Positions 11,986 to 24,009 of a stretch of 64,000 nucleotides of DNA are shown here, piece after piece. The stretch spans positions 62,001-126,000 of the forward strand of contig JASTWF010000322.1 of assembly GCA_030390025.1 (NCBI GenBank), in the 5' to 3' direction. The stretch is from Squalus acanthias (taxonomy: Eukaryota). Position numbers and translations under genes: made by a program. The notes under the pieces are model-generated. The model worked only from the letters and a program-made list of their open reading frames with translations, had not been told where the DNA came from and made no database searches. The stretch's first letter is position 1. Every line of letters starts with the position of its first letter.

Positions 11986-12114
11986 AAACTCACCACATGT
12001 ACCTAATTGCATTTCTAAATGAGTCCTGGACATATCTGTCACGAGTTTGATCTCTGTACTGATTCACACAGGTTATGTGTACTTGAACACTGAGTTGGGG
12101 AACTGCAGGATATG

Positions 12115-12672
12115 TCAGCTGTGGGAAGCACTCTCGCCTCACAGTCAAGAAGGTTGTGGGTTCAAGTCCCCCTCCAGAGACTCGAGCCCCATACTCCAGG
12201 CCCACACTCCCCGGTGTCAGTACTGAGGGAGCGCTGCACTGTCGGAGGTAGATGTATATACTCTAGGACTCGAGCCCCATAATCCAGGCCCACACTCCCC
12301 GGTGCCAGTACTGAGGGAGCGCTGCACTGTCGGAGGTAGATGTATATACTCTAGGACTCGAGCCCCTTAATCCAGGCCCACACTCCCCGGTGCCATCTTT
12401 CAGATGAGACGTTAAACCTCTCGGGTGGATGTAAAAGATCCCACGGCCACTATTGGAAGAAGAGCAGGGGGGAGTTTTCCCCGGTGTCCTGGGCCCAATA
12501 TTTATCCCTCAACCACCATTACTAAAACAGATGATCTGGTCATCATCACACTGCTGTTTGTGGGAGCTTGCTGTGCACAAATTGGCTGCCGCATTTCCAA
12601 CATGACTACACTTTGAAAGTATTTCATTGGCTGGAAAACGCTTTGGGACGTCCTGAGGTGGTGAAAGGCGCT
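12115..12672 (+). mobile_element. Deu-domain SINE (SacSINE1-like) with internal ~88-bp tandem repeat
   Basis: tRNA-like head GGTTGTGGGTTCAAGTCCC; Deu core GTAAAAGATCCCACGGC...CTGTTTGTGGGAGCTTGCTGTGC; L2-like tail GTGAAAGGCGCT. Confidence 0.8.
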
Positions 12673-13094
12673 GGAGACGGTGGGTTTTACTGGAACGCCA
12701 TCCCGACTTGGAAATATATTGGGCCGTTCCTTCATCGTCGCTGGGTCCAAATCCTGGAACTCCCTCCCGAACAGCACTGTGGGAGCACCTTCACCACACG
12801 GACTGCAGCGGTTCAAGAAGGCGGCTCACCACCACCTTCTCAAGGGCGACTAGAGGATAGAAACGCGGAATAATTCAGCGCAGGAGGAATGGGGAGAAGG
12901 TGGGGACTGGGGACGATGGGGAGACGGAGGTTGGATGGGGTCGAGGGCAATGCTCCCTCTCAGCTGTGAAGCATTCCGCCAGGTACCACACTCAATCTCT
13001 TTCATTCGAACGGCCACGCAGCCACAGAAATTCAAGGGGGTTACCTGTTGAAATAAACAGGCCACGCGTAACCAGGACAATCTAGAGGGAAGTA

Positions 13095-14110
13095 ACAGAG
13101 AATGCTGGAAGCACTCAACGGGCCAGGCAGCATCCGTGGAGAGAGAAACAGAGTTAACGGGTTGGATTTCGCCAATGGGGAGCTTTTGGAGGCGGGACTC
13201 CCACTTGTCGGGTTTCAGTCCTGCCTCCATCGACCTCTGGCCAACCCACGCTATTTTCCCCTTGAGTGACCTTGTGAAGCCCGCCCAGCGGGCCTAGCAG
13301 GACGATTAAGGGGAAGCTGGTTACAGAGAATGTCAGCGTATGACGTTTCATCTGTCAAATTTTGACAGGTGAATTGTCATCGTTTGACAGCTCTGTGAAG
13401 CTGTCAAACACCGACATTCTCTGTAGTTTGATGAGTTCTTGAATTCAAGACCTCATCAAACCTCTTCAGCAGAAATTAGATGGTTGCTGCATTGGAGAAT
13501 GCACCGGCCGTCTGTCATCTCTGCCGCGGAGCTGTGAGACTCTCCACATCCCCAACGATTGAAGCTTGCAGGAAGAAACAAAGTTAAGTAAACTTTTTCT
13601 AACACTTTCCACTTACCTCACATCTCCACACTTGCACCCATCACTTATCTTCACAGCGCGCTTTTGCCCCCCGCAGACCCACTGCTCGCCCCCGGTGACC
13701 CTGGCGGGGTTTGCAGACTTCGGGAAGTCCGCACTTGTGTGGGTAAAATGGGGATAATCCTCTTATCTGCCTGTTAACTGCCCCCAGATTCTGCCATTTA
13801 CCCAGCAGTCCCGCCTCCCCAGGGCTGGCAACATCACGCCCGACGTTTCAGGTCTGTGACCCTTCGACAGAACTGGAAAAAGTTAGAGAGATGTGACAGG
13901 TTTTAAGCGAGTGTAGGGGCAGGGAAAGGAGAGAAGGGAAGAAAGAATAAAAGGAACGGTCTGCGATAGGGCGGAAGGCAGAATCATCAACAGCCGCCAC
14001 GTGGAAAAAAATAGGGGCAGAGGTTATGATCTGAAATTCTTGAACTCTATGTTGAGTCCAGAAGGCTGTAGAGCGCCTCATCGAAAGATGAGGTGCTGTT
14101 CCTCAAGTAT
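13095..14110 (-). mobile_element. Penelope-like 3'/pLTR-derived fragment with degenerate hammerhead motif, split by a MITE
   Basis: Joining 13158 to 13845 restores the minus-strand AGTT-CTGTCGA-AGGGTCACAGACCT-GAAA-CGTT-AACT hammerhead-like motif. Confidence 0.55.
13159..13841. mobile_element. Harbinger-like MITE with internal palindromes
   Basis: Termini GGGTTGGATTTCGCC / GGCAACATCACGCCC; 3-bp flanks AAC/GAC; host sequence continuous when it is removed. Confidence 0.6.
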
Positions 14111-14129
14111 TTTGCGATTCAATTTAGAG

Positions 14130-14435
14130 GGGAGGCGGGGCTGAGGGGGAGGAGGCGGGACTGAGGGGGGAGGCGGGGCTGAGGGGGGAGGCGGGGGGTG
14201 GGGCTGAGGGGGGAGGCAGGGCTGGGGTGAGGGGTTCAGGGGGAGGAGGCGGGGCTGAGAGACAGAAGGGAGGAGGCGGGGCTGAGGGGTTCGGGGAGAA
14301 GGCGGGGCTGAGGGACTGGGGGAAGGAGGCGGCGGGGCTGAGGGGCGGGGGGGAGGAGGCGGGGTTGAGGGACGGGGGAGGAGGAGGGGTCGGGGGGAGG
14401 AGGCGGGGTCGAGGGGTTCGGGGGAGGAGGCGGGT
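14130..14435 (+). repeat. G-rich short tandem repeat (GGGGGGAGGCGGGGCTGA-like)
   Basis: Direct inspection. Confidence 0.85.
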
Positions 14436-14859
14436 GCAGCGGAGATGGCGATCTGGTTGGGCAGGATCTCAAGGCGTGCAGTTTTGTTCAAGCTCGGAAT
14501 GGCATACGACACCTCGGGGCGGGACAATCCAGGCGCAGAATGCGGTTGGTCCTGCTCGGCGAGACACCTTGCCTCTCTGGGAAATTAAAGTTGAATAACT
14601 GGTTTGGGGGGAGGCCATTCACTTCCTGCTCGCGACAATCTGCACAACACAGTCCATGCCCACACCTGCACCAGCCCAAGTCGCCCAGTGCGTGGGGACA
14701 CAGCGCCTCGTCAGATCTGCCGCACCGACCCCCCACTCGAAACCAGTCAGGTTCCGTCCAACAGGAAGCTTGGGGGATTCCCAGTGCCTTCTTCAAACCT
14801 CTGAATCAACCAAGTCAGAAATTGTTGTTTTAAAGAGAGAACCACTCCCATTTATCCGG

Positions 14860-15322
14860 CGCCTTTAACATAGTAAAACGGCCCAGGGCGCTTTACAGGA
14901 GCGATTATCAAACACAATTTGACACCGAGCCACATAAGGAGATATTAGGACAGGCGACCAAAAGCTTGGTCAAAGAGGTCGGTTTTAAGGAGCGTCTTAA
15001 AGGAGGAGAGAGAGGCGGAGAGGTTCAGGGAGGGAATTCCAGAGCTTAGGGCCCCAGGCAGCTGAAGGCACGGCCGCCAATGGTGGAGCGATGGAAATCG
15101 GGGATACGCAAGAGGCCAGAATTGGAGGAGCGCAGAGATCTCCCGGAGGGTTGTAGGGCTGGAGGAGGTTACAGAGATAGGGAGGGGGCGAGGGGCCATG
15201 GAGGGATTTGAACACGAGGATGAGAATTGTAGGGCTGGAGGAGGTTACAGAGATAGGGAGGGGGCGAGGGGCCATGGAGGGATTTGAACACGAGGATGAG
15301 AATTGTAGGGCTGGAGGAGGTT
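14860..15322 (-). mobile_element. L2-clade LINE 3' end with tandem amplification
   Basis: Same family as 8950-9640. Confidence 0.75.
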
Positions 15323-15548
15323 ACTGCCCTGGGAGTGTTTGATGGGACAGTGTAGAGGGAGCTTTACTCTGTATCTAACCCGTGCTGTACGCGTCCTGGG
15401 AGTGTTTGATGGGACAGTGTAGAGGGAGCTTTACTCTGTATCTAACCCGTGCTGTACCTACCCTGGGGGGAGTCTTTGTTCCGTGCTGAATAACCATGAT
15501 GGCATTCCTAGGAAAGTTCGAGTCAACAGCATCGCGTTCCTTAATTTC

Positions 15549-15554
15549 TTTATT
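15549..15554 (-). terminator. Candidate polyadenylation signal of the JIP3/4-like gene
   Basis: TTTATT on + (AATAAA on -) ~1 kb downstream of the stop at 16576, at the end of a repeat-free stretch. Confidence 0.5.
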
Positions 15555-16575
15555 TCAATTAGAAAAATAGATTACATATCAAGTGATGACGAGTCACAGC
15601 CTGAGACAGTGACACAACCCAGCAGTGCACTCCTCCCAGCACCAGCCCCTCCCCCAGGACACCTCTCCCAAAAAGGCACCTCCGATTCTAAATTGGGGCG
15701 AGGCGACTATTCGACTGTGGCGTGCGTCGCAGCTGGACTCCCTTCTCAGCGAGCAGGAGCCAAGGATAAAATCTTGGCTGATTTTATCCTCCCACCCCCC
15801 ACTCCCCTCCAAGGAGGAACTCAGTGCAATTATCACCCTTCTTCCCCCTGCAGCACAGGATGGGGAGCACTTGTCCTTTATGCGGGGCTGAGGACCACAC
15901 TGGACAGGAGGTGGCAGGAGAGGGGACAAGGGGGGGCGGTGGGGGGAATGGAAGGAAAGCAGTTGAAGACAGCAACACGACCCACCTCAAACCAAGGGGG
16001 CTGGGGCTCGTTCCCCTGTCTTCCCCAATTTCCCTCCCCTCTCCACCCAGGTGAATTTGCCATTGGGGGGTGGGGGGGGAAAGAAGTGTCTCGAAATAGC
16101 AACAGGGGCAACAATGAAGGCTGGTCGTCCCCTATTCTTGCGCCCCACACAAACCCCGGTGCTCAGATCGCGCGCACAGTCCTGGATCGGATTCTCCCCC
16201 CACCACCTCCGCCCGGCCCAGAATCCCACACCGACCGATTCCCAGGGGCATGAGTACACCCGAAGTATAAATAAGAGGGTGGAAAATAAAAACCACACAC
16301 ACACATCCACCCCCCCCACAAAGACACATCTCGGAGATGCGCACTTGATCGCCCGGCTTAAACCCGGTCCTCACGCGCGGTCGAACGAGAGCGCAGACTC
16401 CAGACCTCCCTTCTACCCCGCCCCGGGCCCCCATGAAAAGTGCATCAGATTTCGGAGCTGGGCTCCAATGAATCATTTTCCAGTTATTCCCAGGATTAAA
16501 CCGCCCCGCCCTGCCAAACCCACTTTCCCCGCAACCCGATCCGCAGATTCCTGCTCCTGGTTACACTCCTTCGCA

Positions 16576-16673
16576 TCATGTCTTCATCTGCCACACGATT
16601 AAGTGACTCCTCTCGGACTTCCGCATCATCATGGGGGTCCCTCGCAGTTGCTCCCCGTCGCCTGTGTCGTCAC
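16576..16673 (-). CDS. JIP3/JIP4 (MAPK8IP3/SPAG9)-like gene, last exon (GDDTGDGEQLRGTPMMMRKSERSHLIVWQMKT*)
   Basis: Acceptor at 16674-16675; ERSHLIVWQ is the conserved JIP3/4 C-terminus. Confidence 0.88.
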
Positions 16674-16769
16674 CTGCACGGAGGGAGAGAGAGATGGGGA
16701 GGAAAAAAAACACATTGAGTGGGGCGGGGAAGAGATACCAGCGATCGCAAGATGCCAAAATGTGTTCGA

Positions 16770-19700
16770 ACCTCGCCCAAGGGACCGAGAGGCTCCTGTC
16801 TCCATCAGTACCTACTGACCCCCGCCCACAGGGACCGAGAGGCTCCTGTCTCCATCAGTGCCCACTGACCCTTGCCCACAGGGACCGAGAGGCTCCTGTC
16901 TGCATCAGTGCCCACTGACCCTCGCCCACAGGGACCGAGAGGCTCCTGTCTCCATCAGTGCCCACTGACCCTCGCCCATAGGGACCTAGAGGCTCCTGTC
17001 TCCCTCAGTACCCACTGACTCTCATCCACAGGGACCTAGAGGCTCCTGTCTCCCTCAGTACCCACTGACCCTCACCCACAGGGACCGAGAGGCTCCTGTC
17101 TCCATCGGTACCCACTGACCTTCACCCACAGGGACCGAGAGGCTCCTGTCTCCCTCAGTACACATGGACCCTCACCCAGAGACCGAGAGGCTGCTGTCTC
17201 CATCAGTACCCACTGACACTCGCCCACAGGGACCGAGAGGCTCCTGTCTCCCTCAGTGCCCACTGACCCTCACCCACAGAGACCGAGAGGCTCCTGTCTC
17301 CCTCAGTACCCACTGACCCTCACCCACAGGGACCAAGAGGCTCCCGTCTCCCTCAGTACCCACTGACCCTCACCCACAGTGACCGAGAGGCTCCTGTCTC
17401 CCTCAGTACCCACTGACCCTCACACACAGGGACCCAGAGGCTTCTGTCTCCCTCAGTACCCACTGACCCTCACACACAGGGACCGCGAGGCTCCTGTCTC
17501 AATCCGTACACGCTGACCCTCACCCACAGGGACCGAGAGGCTCCTGTCTCCCTCAGTACACATTGACCCTCACCCAGAGACCGAGAGGCTCCCGTCTCCC
17601 TCGGTACCCACTGACCCTCGCCCACAAGGACCGAGAGGCTCCCGTCTCCCTCATACCCTCTGACCCACACCCACAGGTACCGAGAGGCTCCTGTCTCCCT
17701 CATACCCTCTGACCCACACCCACAGGGACCGACAGGCTCCTGTCTCCCTCAGTACCCACTGACCCTCACCCACAGGGACCGAGAGGCTCCTGTCTCCCTC
17801 AGTACCCACTGACCCTCACCCACAGGGACCGAGAGGCTCCTGTCTCCCTCAGTACCCACTGACCCTCACCCACAGGGACCGACAGGCTCCGGTCTCCCTC
17901 AGTACCCACTGACCCTCACCCACAGGGACCGAGAGGCTCCTGTCTCCCTCAGTACCCACTGACCCTCACCCACAGGGACCGAGAGGCTCCTGTCTCCCTC
18001 AGTACCCACTGACCCTCACCCACAGGGACCGAGAGGATCCTGTCTCCCTCTGTACCCACTGACCCTCACCCACAGGGACCGAGAGGCTCCTGTCTCCCTC
18101 TGTACCCACTGACCCTCACCCACAGGGACCGAGAGGCTCCTGTCTCCATCAGTACCCACTGACCCTCACCCACAGGGACCGAGAGGTTCCTGTCTCCCTC
18201 AGAACTCACTGACCCTCACCCACAGGGACCGAGAGGCTCCTGTCTCCCTCAGTACACACTGACCCTCACCCACTGACCCTCGCGGCTCCCGTCTCCCTCA
18301 GTACCCACTGAGCCTCACACACAGGGACCGAGAGGCTCCTGTCTCCCTCAGTACCCACTGACCCTCACCCACAGGGACCGAGAGGCTCCTGTCTCCCTCA
18401 GTACCCGCTGACCTTCACCCACAGGGACCGAGAGGCTCCTGTCTCCCTCAGCACCCATTGACTTTCACCCACAGGGACCGAGAGGCTCCCGTCTCCCTCA
18501 GTACACGCTGACCCTCACCTACAGGGACCGAGTGGCTCCTGTCTCACTCAGTACACACTGACCCTCACCCACAGGGACCGAGAGGCTCCTGTCTCCCTCA
18601 GTACACATTGACACTCACCCAGAGACCGAGAGGCTCCCGTCTCCCTCCGTACCCACTGACCCTCGCCCACAGGGACCGAGGCGCTCCGGTCTCCCTCTGT
18701 ACCCACTGACCCTCACCCACAGGGACAATGAGTCTCCTGTCTCCATCAGTACCCACTGACCCTCACCCAGAGGGACCGAGAGGCTCCTGTCTCCCTCAGT
18801 ACCCACTGACCCTCACCCACAAGGACCGAGAGGCTCCTGTCTCCCGTCTCCCTCAGTACACACTGACCCTCACCCACAGGGAGAGAGAGGCTCCTGTCTC
18901 CATCGGTACCCACTGACCTTCACCCACAGGGACCGAGAGGCTCCTGTCTCCATCAGTGCCCACTGACCCTCACCCACAGGGACCGAGAGGCACCTGTTTC
19001 CCTCAGTACCCACTGACCCTCACCCACAGGGACCGAGAGGCTCCTGTCTCCATCAGTACCCACTGACCCTCACCCACAGGGACCGAGAGGCTCCTGTCTC
19101 CCTCAGTACCCACTGACCCTCACCCACAGGGACCGAGAGGCTCCTGTCTCCCTCAGTACCCACTGACCCTCACCCACAGGGACCGAGAGGCTCCTGTCTC
19201 CCTCAGTACCCACTGACCCTCACCCACAGGGACAGAGAGGCTCCTGTCTCCCTCAGTACCCACTGACCCTCACCCACAGGGACCGAGAGGCTCCTGTCTC
19301 CCTCAGTACCCACTGACCCTCACCCACAGGGACCGAGAGGCTCCTGTCTCCCTCAGTACACACTGACCCTCACCCACAGGGATCGAGAGGATCCTGTCTC
19401 CCTCTGTACCCACTGACCCTCACCCACAGGGACCGAGAGGCTCCTGTCTCCATCAGTACCCACTGACCCTCACCCACAGGGTCCGAGAGGCTCCTGTCTC
19501 CCTCAGAACTCACTGACCCTCACCCACAGGGTCCGAGAGGCTCCCGTCTCCCTCAGTACACACTGACCGTCACCCACAGGGACCCAGAGGCTCCTGTCTC
19601 CATCGGTACCCACTGACCCTCACCCACAGGGACCGAGAGGCTCCTGTCTCCCTGCGTACTCACTGACTCTCACCCACAGGGACCGAGAGGCTCCTGTCTC

Positions 19701-21790
19701 CCTCATACCCTCTGACCCACACCCACAGGGACCGAGAGGCTCCTGTCTCCCTCAGTACCCACTGACCCTCACCCACAGGGACCGAGAGGCTCCCGTCTCC
19801 CTCAGTACCCACTGACCCTCGCCCACAGGGACCGAGAGACTCCTGTCTCCCGTCTCCCTCAGTACCCACTGACCTTCACCCACAGGGACAGAGAGGCTCC
19901 TGTCTCACTCGGTACCCACTGACCCTCACCCACAGGGACCGAGAGGCTCCTGTCTCCATCGGTACCCACTGACCTTCACCCACAGGGACCGAGAGGCTCC
20001 TGTCTCCATCAGTGCCCACTGACCCTCACCCACAGGGACCGAGAGGCACCTGTTTCCCTCAGTACCCACTGACCCTCACCCACAGGGACCGAGAGGCTCC
20101 TGTCTCCCTCAGTACACACTGACCCTCGCCCACAGGGACCGAGAGGCTCCTGTCTCCCTCAGTGCCCACTGACCCTCACCCACAGAGACCGAGAGGCTCC
20201 TGTCTCCCTCAGTACCCACTGACCCTCACCCACAGGGACCGAGAGGCTCCTGTCCCTCTCCGTGCCCACTGACTCTCACCCACAAGGACCGAGAGGCTCC
20301 TGTCTCCCTCAGTACCCACTGACCCTCACCCACAGGGACCGAGAGGCTCCTGTCTCCCTCAGTACACACTGACCCTCGCCCACAGGGACTGAGAGGCTCC
20401 TGTCTCCCTCAGTACCCACTGACCCTCACCCACAGGGACCGAGAGGCTCCTGTCTCCCTCAGTACCCACTGACCCTCACCCACAGGGACCGAGAGGCTCC
20501 TGTCTCCCTCAGTACACACTGACCCTCGCCCACAGGGACCGACAGGCTCCTGTCTCCCTCAGTACCCACTGACCCTCACCCACAGGGACCGAGAGGCTCC
20601 TGTCTCCCTCAGTACACATTGACCCTCACCCAGAGACCGAGAGGCTCCTGTCTCCCTCAGTACACATTGACCCTCACCCAGAGACCGAGAGGCTCCTGTC
20701 TCCCTCAGTGCCCACTGACCCTCACCCACAGGGACCAAGAGGCTCCTGTCTCCCTCAGTACACATTGACCCTCACCCAGAGACCGAGAGGCTCCCGTCTC
20801 CCTCGGTACGCACTGACCCTCGCCCAGAGACTGAGGGGCTCCGTCTCTCTCGGTACCCACTGACCCTCACCCACAGGGACCGAGAGGCTCCCGTCTCCCT
20901 CAGTACCCACTGACCCTCACCCACAGGGACCCAGAGGCTCCTGTCTCCCTCAGTACCCACTGACCCTCACCCACAGGGACCGAGAGGCTCCTGTCTCCCT
21001 CCGTGCCCACTGACCCTCACCCACAGGGACCGAGAGGCTCCTGTCTCCCTCCGTGCCCACTGACCCTCACCCACAGGGACCGAGAGGCTCCTGTCTCCCT
21101 CGGTACCCACTGACCCTCACCCACAGGGACCGAGAGGCTCCTGTCTCCCTCAATACCCACTGACCCTCACCCACAGGGACCGAGAGGATCCTGTCTCCCT
21201 CAGTACACACTGACCCTCACCCACAGGGACCGAGAGGCACCTGTTTCCCTCAGTACCCACTGACCCTCACCCACAGGGACCGAGAGGCTCCTGTCTACCT
21301 CAGTACATACTGACCCTCACCCACAGGGACCGAGAGGCTCCTGTCTCCCTCAGTACACACTGACCCTCGCCCACAGGGACCGAGAGGCTCCTATCTCCCT
21401 CGGTACACACTGGCCCTCACCCACAGGGACCGAGAGGCTCCTGTCTGCCTCAGTACCCACTGTCCCTCGCCCACAGGGACCGAGAGGCTCCTGTCTCCCT
21501 CAGTACCTACTGACCCTCGCCCACAGGGACCGAGAGGCTCCTGTCTCCATCGGTACCCACTGACCCTCACCCACAGGGACCGAGAGGCTCCTGTCTCCAT
21601 CAGTGCCCACTGACCCTCACCCACAGGGACCGAGAGGCTCCTGTCTCCCTCAGTACTATTTGACCCTCAGCCATAGGGACCGAGACACTCCTGTCTCTCT
21701 CAGTACCCACTGACCCTCACCCACAGGGACCGAGAGGCTCCTGTCTCCCTCAGTACCCTCTGACCCTCACCCAGAGGGACCGAGAGATGG
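16770..21790. repeat. 50-bp minisatellite, ~100 copies, filling the last intron of the JIP-like gene
   Basis: Unit CACAGGGACCGAGAGGCTCCTGTCTCCCTCAGTACCCACTGACCCTCACC. Confidence 0.97.
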
Positions 21791-21860
21791 GTGAAAGGTC
21801 AATATTGGATATTATCACCTCCCGCACACACAGGACAACAAAATCACATGACAAACACAC

Positions 21861-21977
21861 CAATCCTGAAGTTGATGTAGCCTTCTCCTCCGCTCATGAC
21901 CAAATATGATGGTAGGTCCTCTGTCGCGGAATTCGAGGAGCCTTCTCCGAGCCCACCAATACCTGCATTGATGGAGG
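21861..21977 (-). CDS. JIP3/4-like exon (ASINAGIGGLGEGSSNSATEDLPSYLVMSGGEGYINFRI)
   Basis: AG/GT boundaries, phase 1-1; the SGGEGYI(D/N)FRIG motif is characteristic of JIP3/4. Confidence 0.85.
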
Positions 21978-22107
21978 CTGTTCCCAGGCAGAGAGAGAGA
22001 GATAATGTTAACGCACGAGAAACTTCGAACTGTCGTAAACAGCGAGGAGGATAGCAACAGACCTCAGGAGGTCTGATGACATGGGCAGACGCAGTTTAAC
22101 ACAGAGA

Positions 22108-23161
22108 ACATAAGAATTAGGAGCAGGAGTCAGCCATACAGCCCCTCGAGCCTGCTCCACCATTCAATAAAATCATGGTTGATCATGGACCTCAACTTCA
22201 CTTTCCCGCCCGATCTCCATATCCCTCGATTCCCCTAGAGTCCAAATAACTATCTATCTCAGCCTTGAATATACTCAACGACTGAGCATCCACAGCCCTC
22301 TGGGGCAGAGAATTCCAAAGATTCACAACCCTCTGAGTGAAGAAATTCCTCCTCATCTCAGTCCTAAATGGCCGACCCCTTATCCTGAGACTGTGACCCC
22401 TGGTTCTAGACACTCCAGCCAGGGGGAAACAACCTCTCAGCATCTACCCTGTCAATCCCCCTCAGAATCTTATACATTTCAATGAGATCACCTCTCATTC
22501 TTCTAAACTCCAGAGAGTATCGGCCCAATCTACTCAATCTCTCCTCATAGGACAATCCTCTCATCCCAGGAATCAGTCTGGTGAACCTTCGTTGCACCGC
22601 CTCCAAGGCAAGTATATCCTTCCTCAGATAAGGAGACCAAAACTGTGCACAGTGCTCCAGGTGTGGTCTCACCAAGGCCCTGTACAATTGTAGCAAGACT
22701 TCCTTACTCTTATACTCCAACCCCCTTGCAATAAAGGCCAACATGCCATTTGCCTTCCTTATTGCTTGCTGTACCTGCATGCTAGCTTTGTGTTTCTTGC
22801 ACGAGGACACCCAAATCTCTCTGAACACCAACATTTGAAAGTTTCTCACCAGTTAAAAAATATTCTGTTTTTCTATTCTTCCTACCAAAGTGACTAACCT
22901 CACATTTCCCTACATTATACTCTATCTGCCACCTTACTGCCCACTCACTCAGTCTATCTATATCCCTTTGCAGACTCTTTGTGTTCTCCTCACAGCTTAC
23001 TGTCCCACCTAGCTTTGTATCATCAGCAAACTTGGATACATTACACTCGGTCCCTTCATCTAGGTCATTAATATAGATTGTAAATAGCTGAGGCCCCAGC
23101 ACTGATCCCTGCGACACCACACTAGTTACAGCCTGCCAACCTGAAAAAGACCCGTTTATCC
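22108..23161 (-). mobile_element. CR1 LINE 5'-truncated, frameshifted
   Basis: ORFs 22198-22443, 22406-22849, 22782-23273 with KFADDTK and RPHLEHCAQFW. Confidence 0.92.
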
Positions 23162-23199
23162 CTGGGAGTGTCAAGTGATTCAGTTTTGATAGGAAAAAA

Positions 23200-24000
23200 G
23201 AGAGAGGAACTATTAATGGTACAATTTTAAACTGGGAGTGCAGGAACAATGGGACCTGGGAGTAAAAGTACATAAATCTTTGAATATGTTGGAAAAGTTG
23301 AGAACGTTAATAAAACCAAGCATCCCATATGCCTTTTTAACAATAGAGGCATAGAGTACAAAAGCAAGGAAGTTATGCTAAACCTTTATAAAACACTGGT
23401 TAGGCCCCAGCTGGAGTATTGTGTCCAATTCTGGGCACCGCACTTTAGGAAGGATGTCAAGGCCTTGGAGAGGAGATTGACCAGAATGGTACCGGGGATG
23501 AGGGACTTCAGTGATGTGGAGAGACTGGAGAAGCTGGGGTGGTTCTCCTTAGAGCAGAGAAGGTTAAGGGGAGATTGACCAGAATGGGACCAGGGATGAG
23601 GGACTTCAGTGATGTGGAGAGACTGGAGAAGCTGGGGTTGTTCTCCTTAGAGCAGAGAAGGTTAAGGGGAGATTTAATAGAGGCGTTCAAAATCACAAAG
23701 GGTTTTGATAAGAGTAAATAAGGAGAAACTGTTTCCAGTGGCAGGAGGGTGGGTAACCAGAGGACACAGATTGAAGGTGATTGTCGAGATGAGGAAAAAT
23801 GTTACGATCTGGAACGCGCTGCCTGAAAGGGCGGTGGAAGCAGATTCAATAGTAACTTTCAAAAGGGGAATTGGAGAAATACTTGAAGGGGAAAAATTTG
23901 TAGGGCTATGGGGAAAGAGCGAGGGAGAGTGGGACAGATTGGAGAGCTCGACCAAAGAGCCGGCACAGACACGATGGGCCGAATGGCCTCCTCCTGTGCT
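23200..24000 (+). mobile_element. CR1 LINE 3' fragment with 99-bp internal duplication
   Basis: LYKTLVRPQLEYCVQFWAPHFRKD; duplicated TRMxPGMRDFSDVERLEKLG. Confidence 0.88.
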
Positions 24001-24009
24001 ACATCAGCT

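Noticed and set aside
15483..16602. ORFs of 256 and 183 aa in unique sequence
   Set aside because: No recognisable domain; they are antisense to the inferred 3' UTR of the JIP-like gene.
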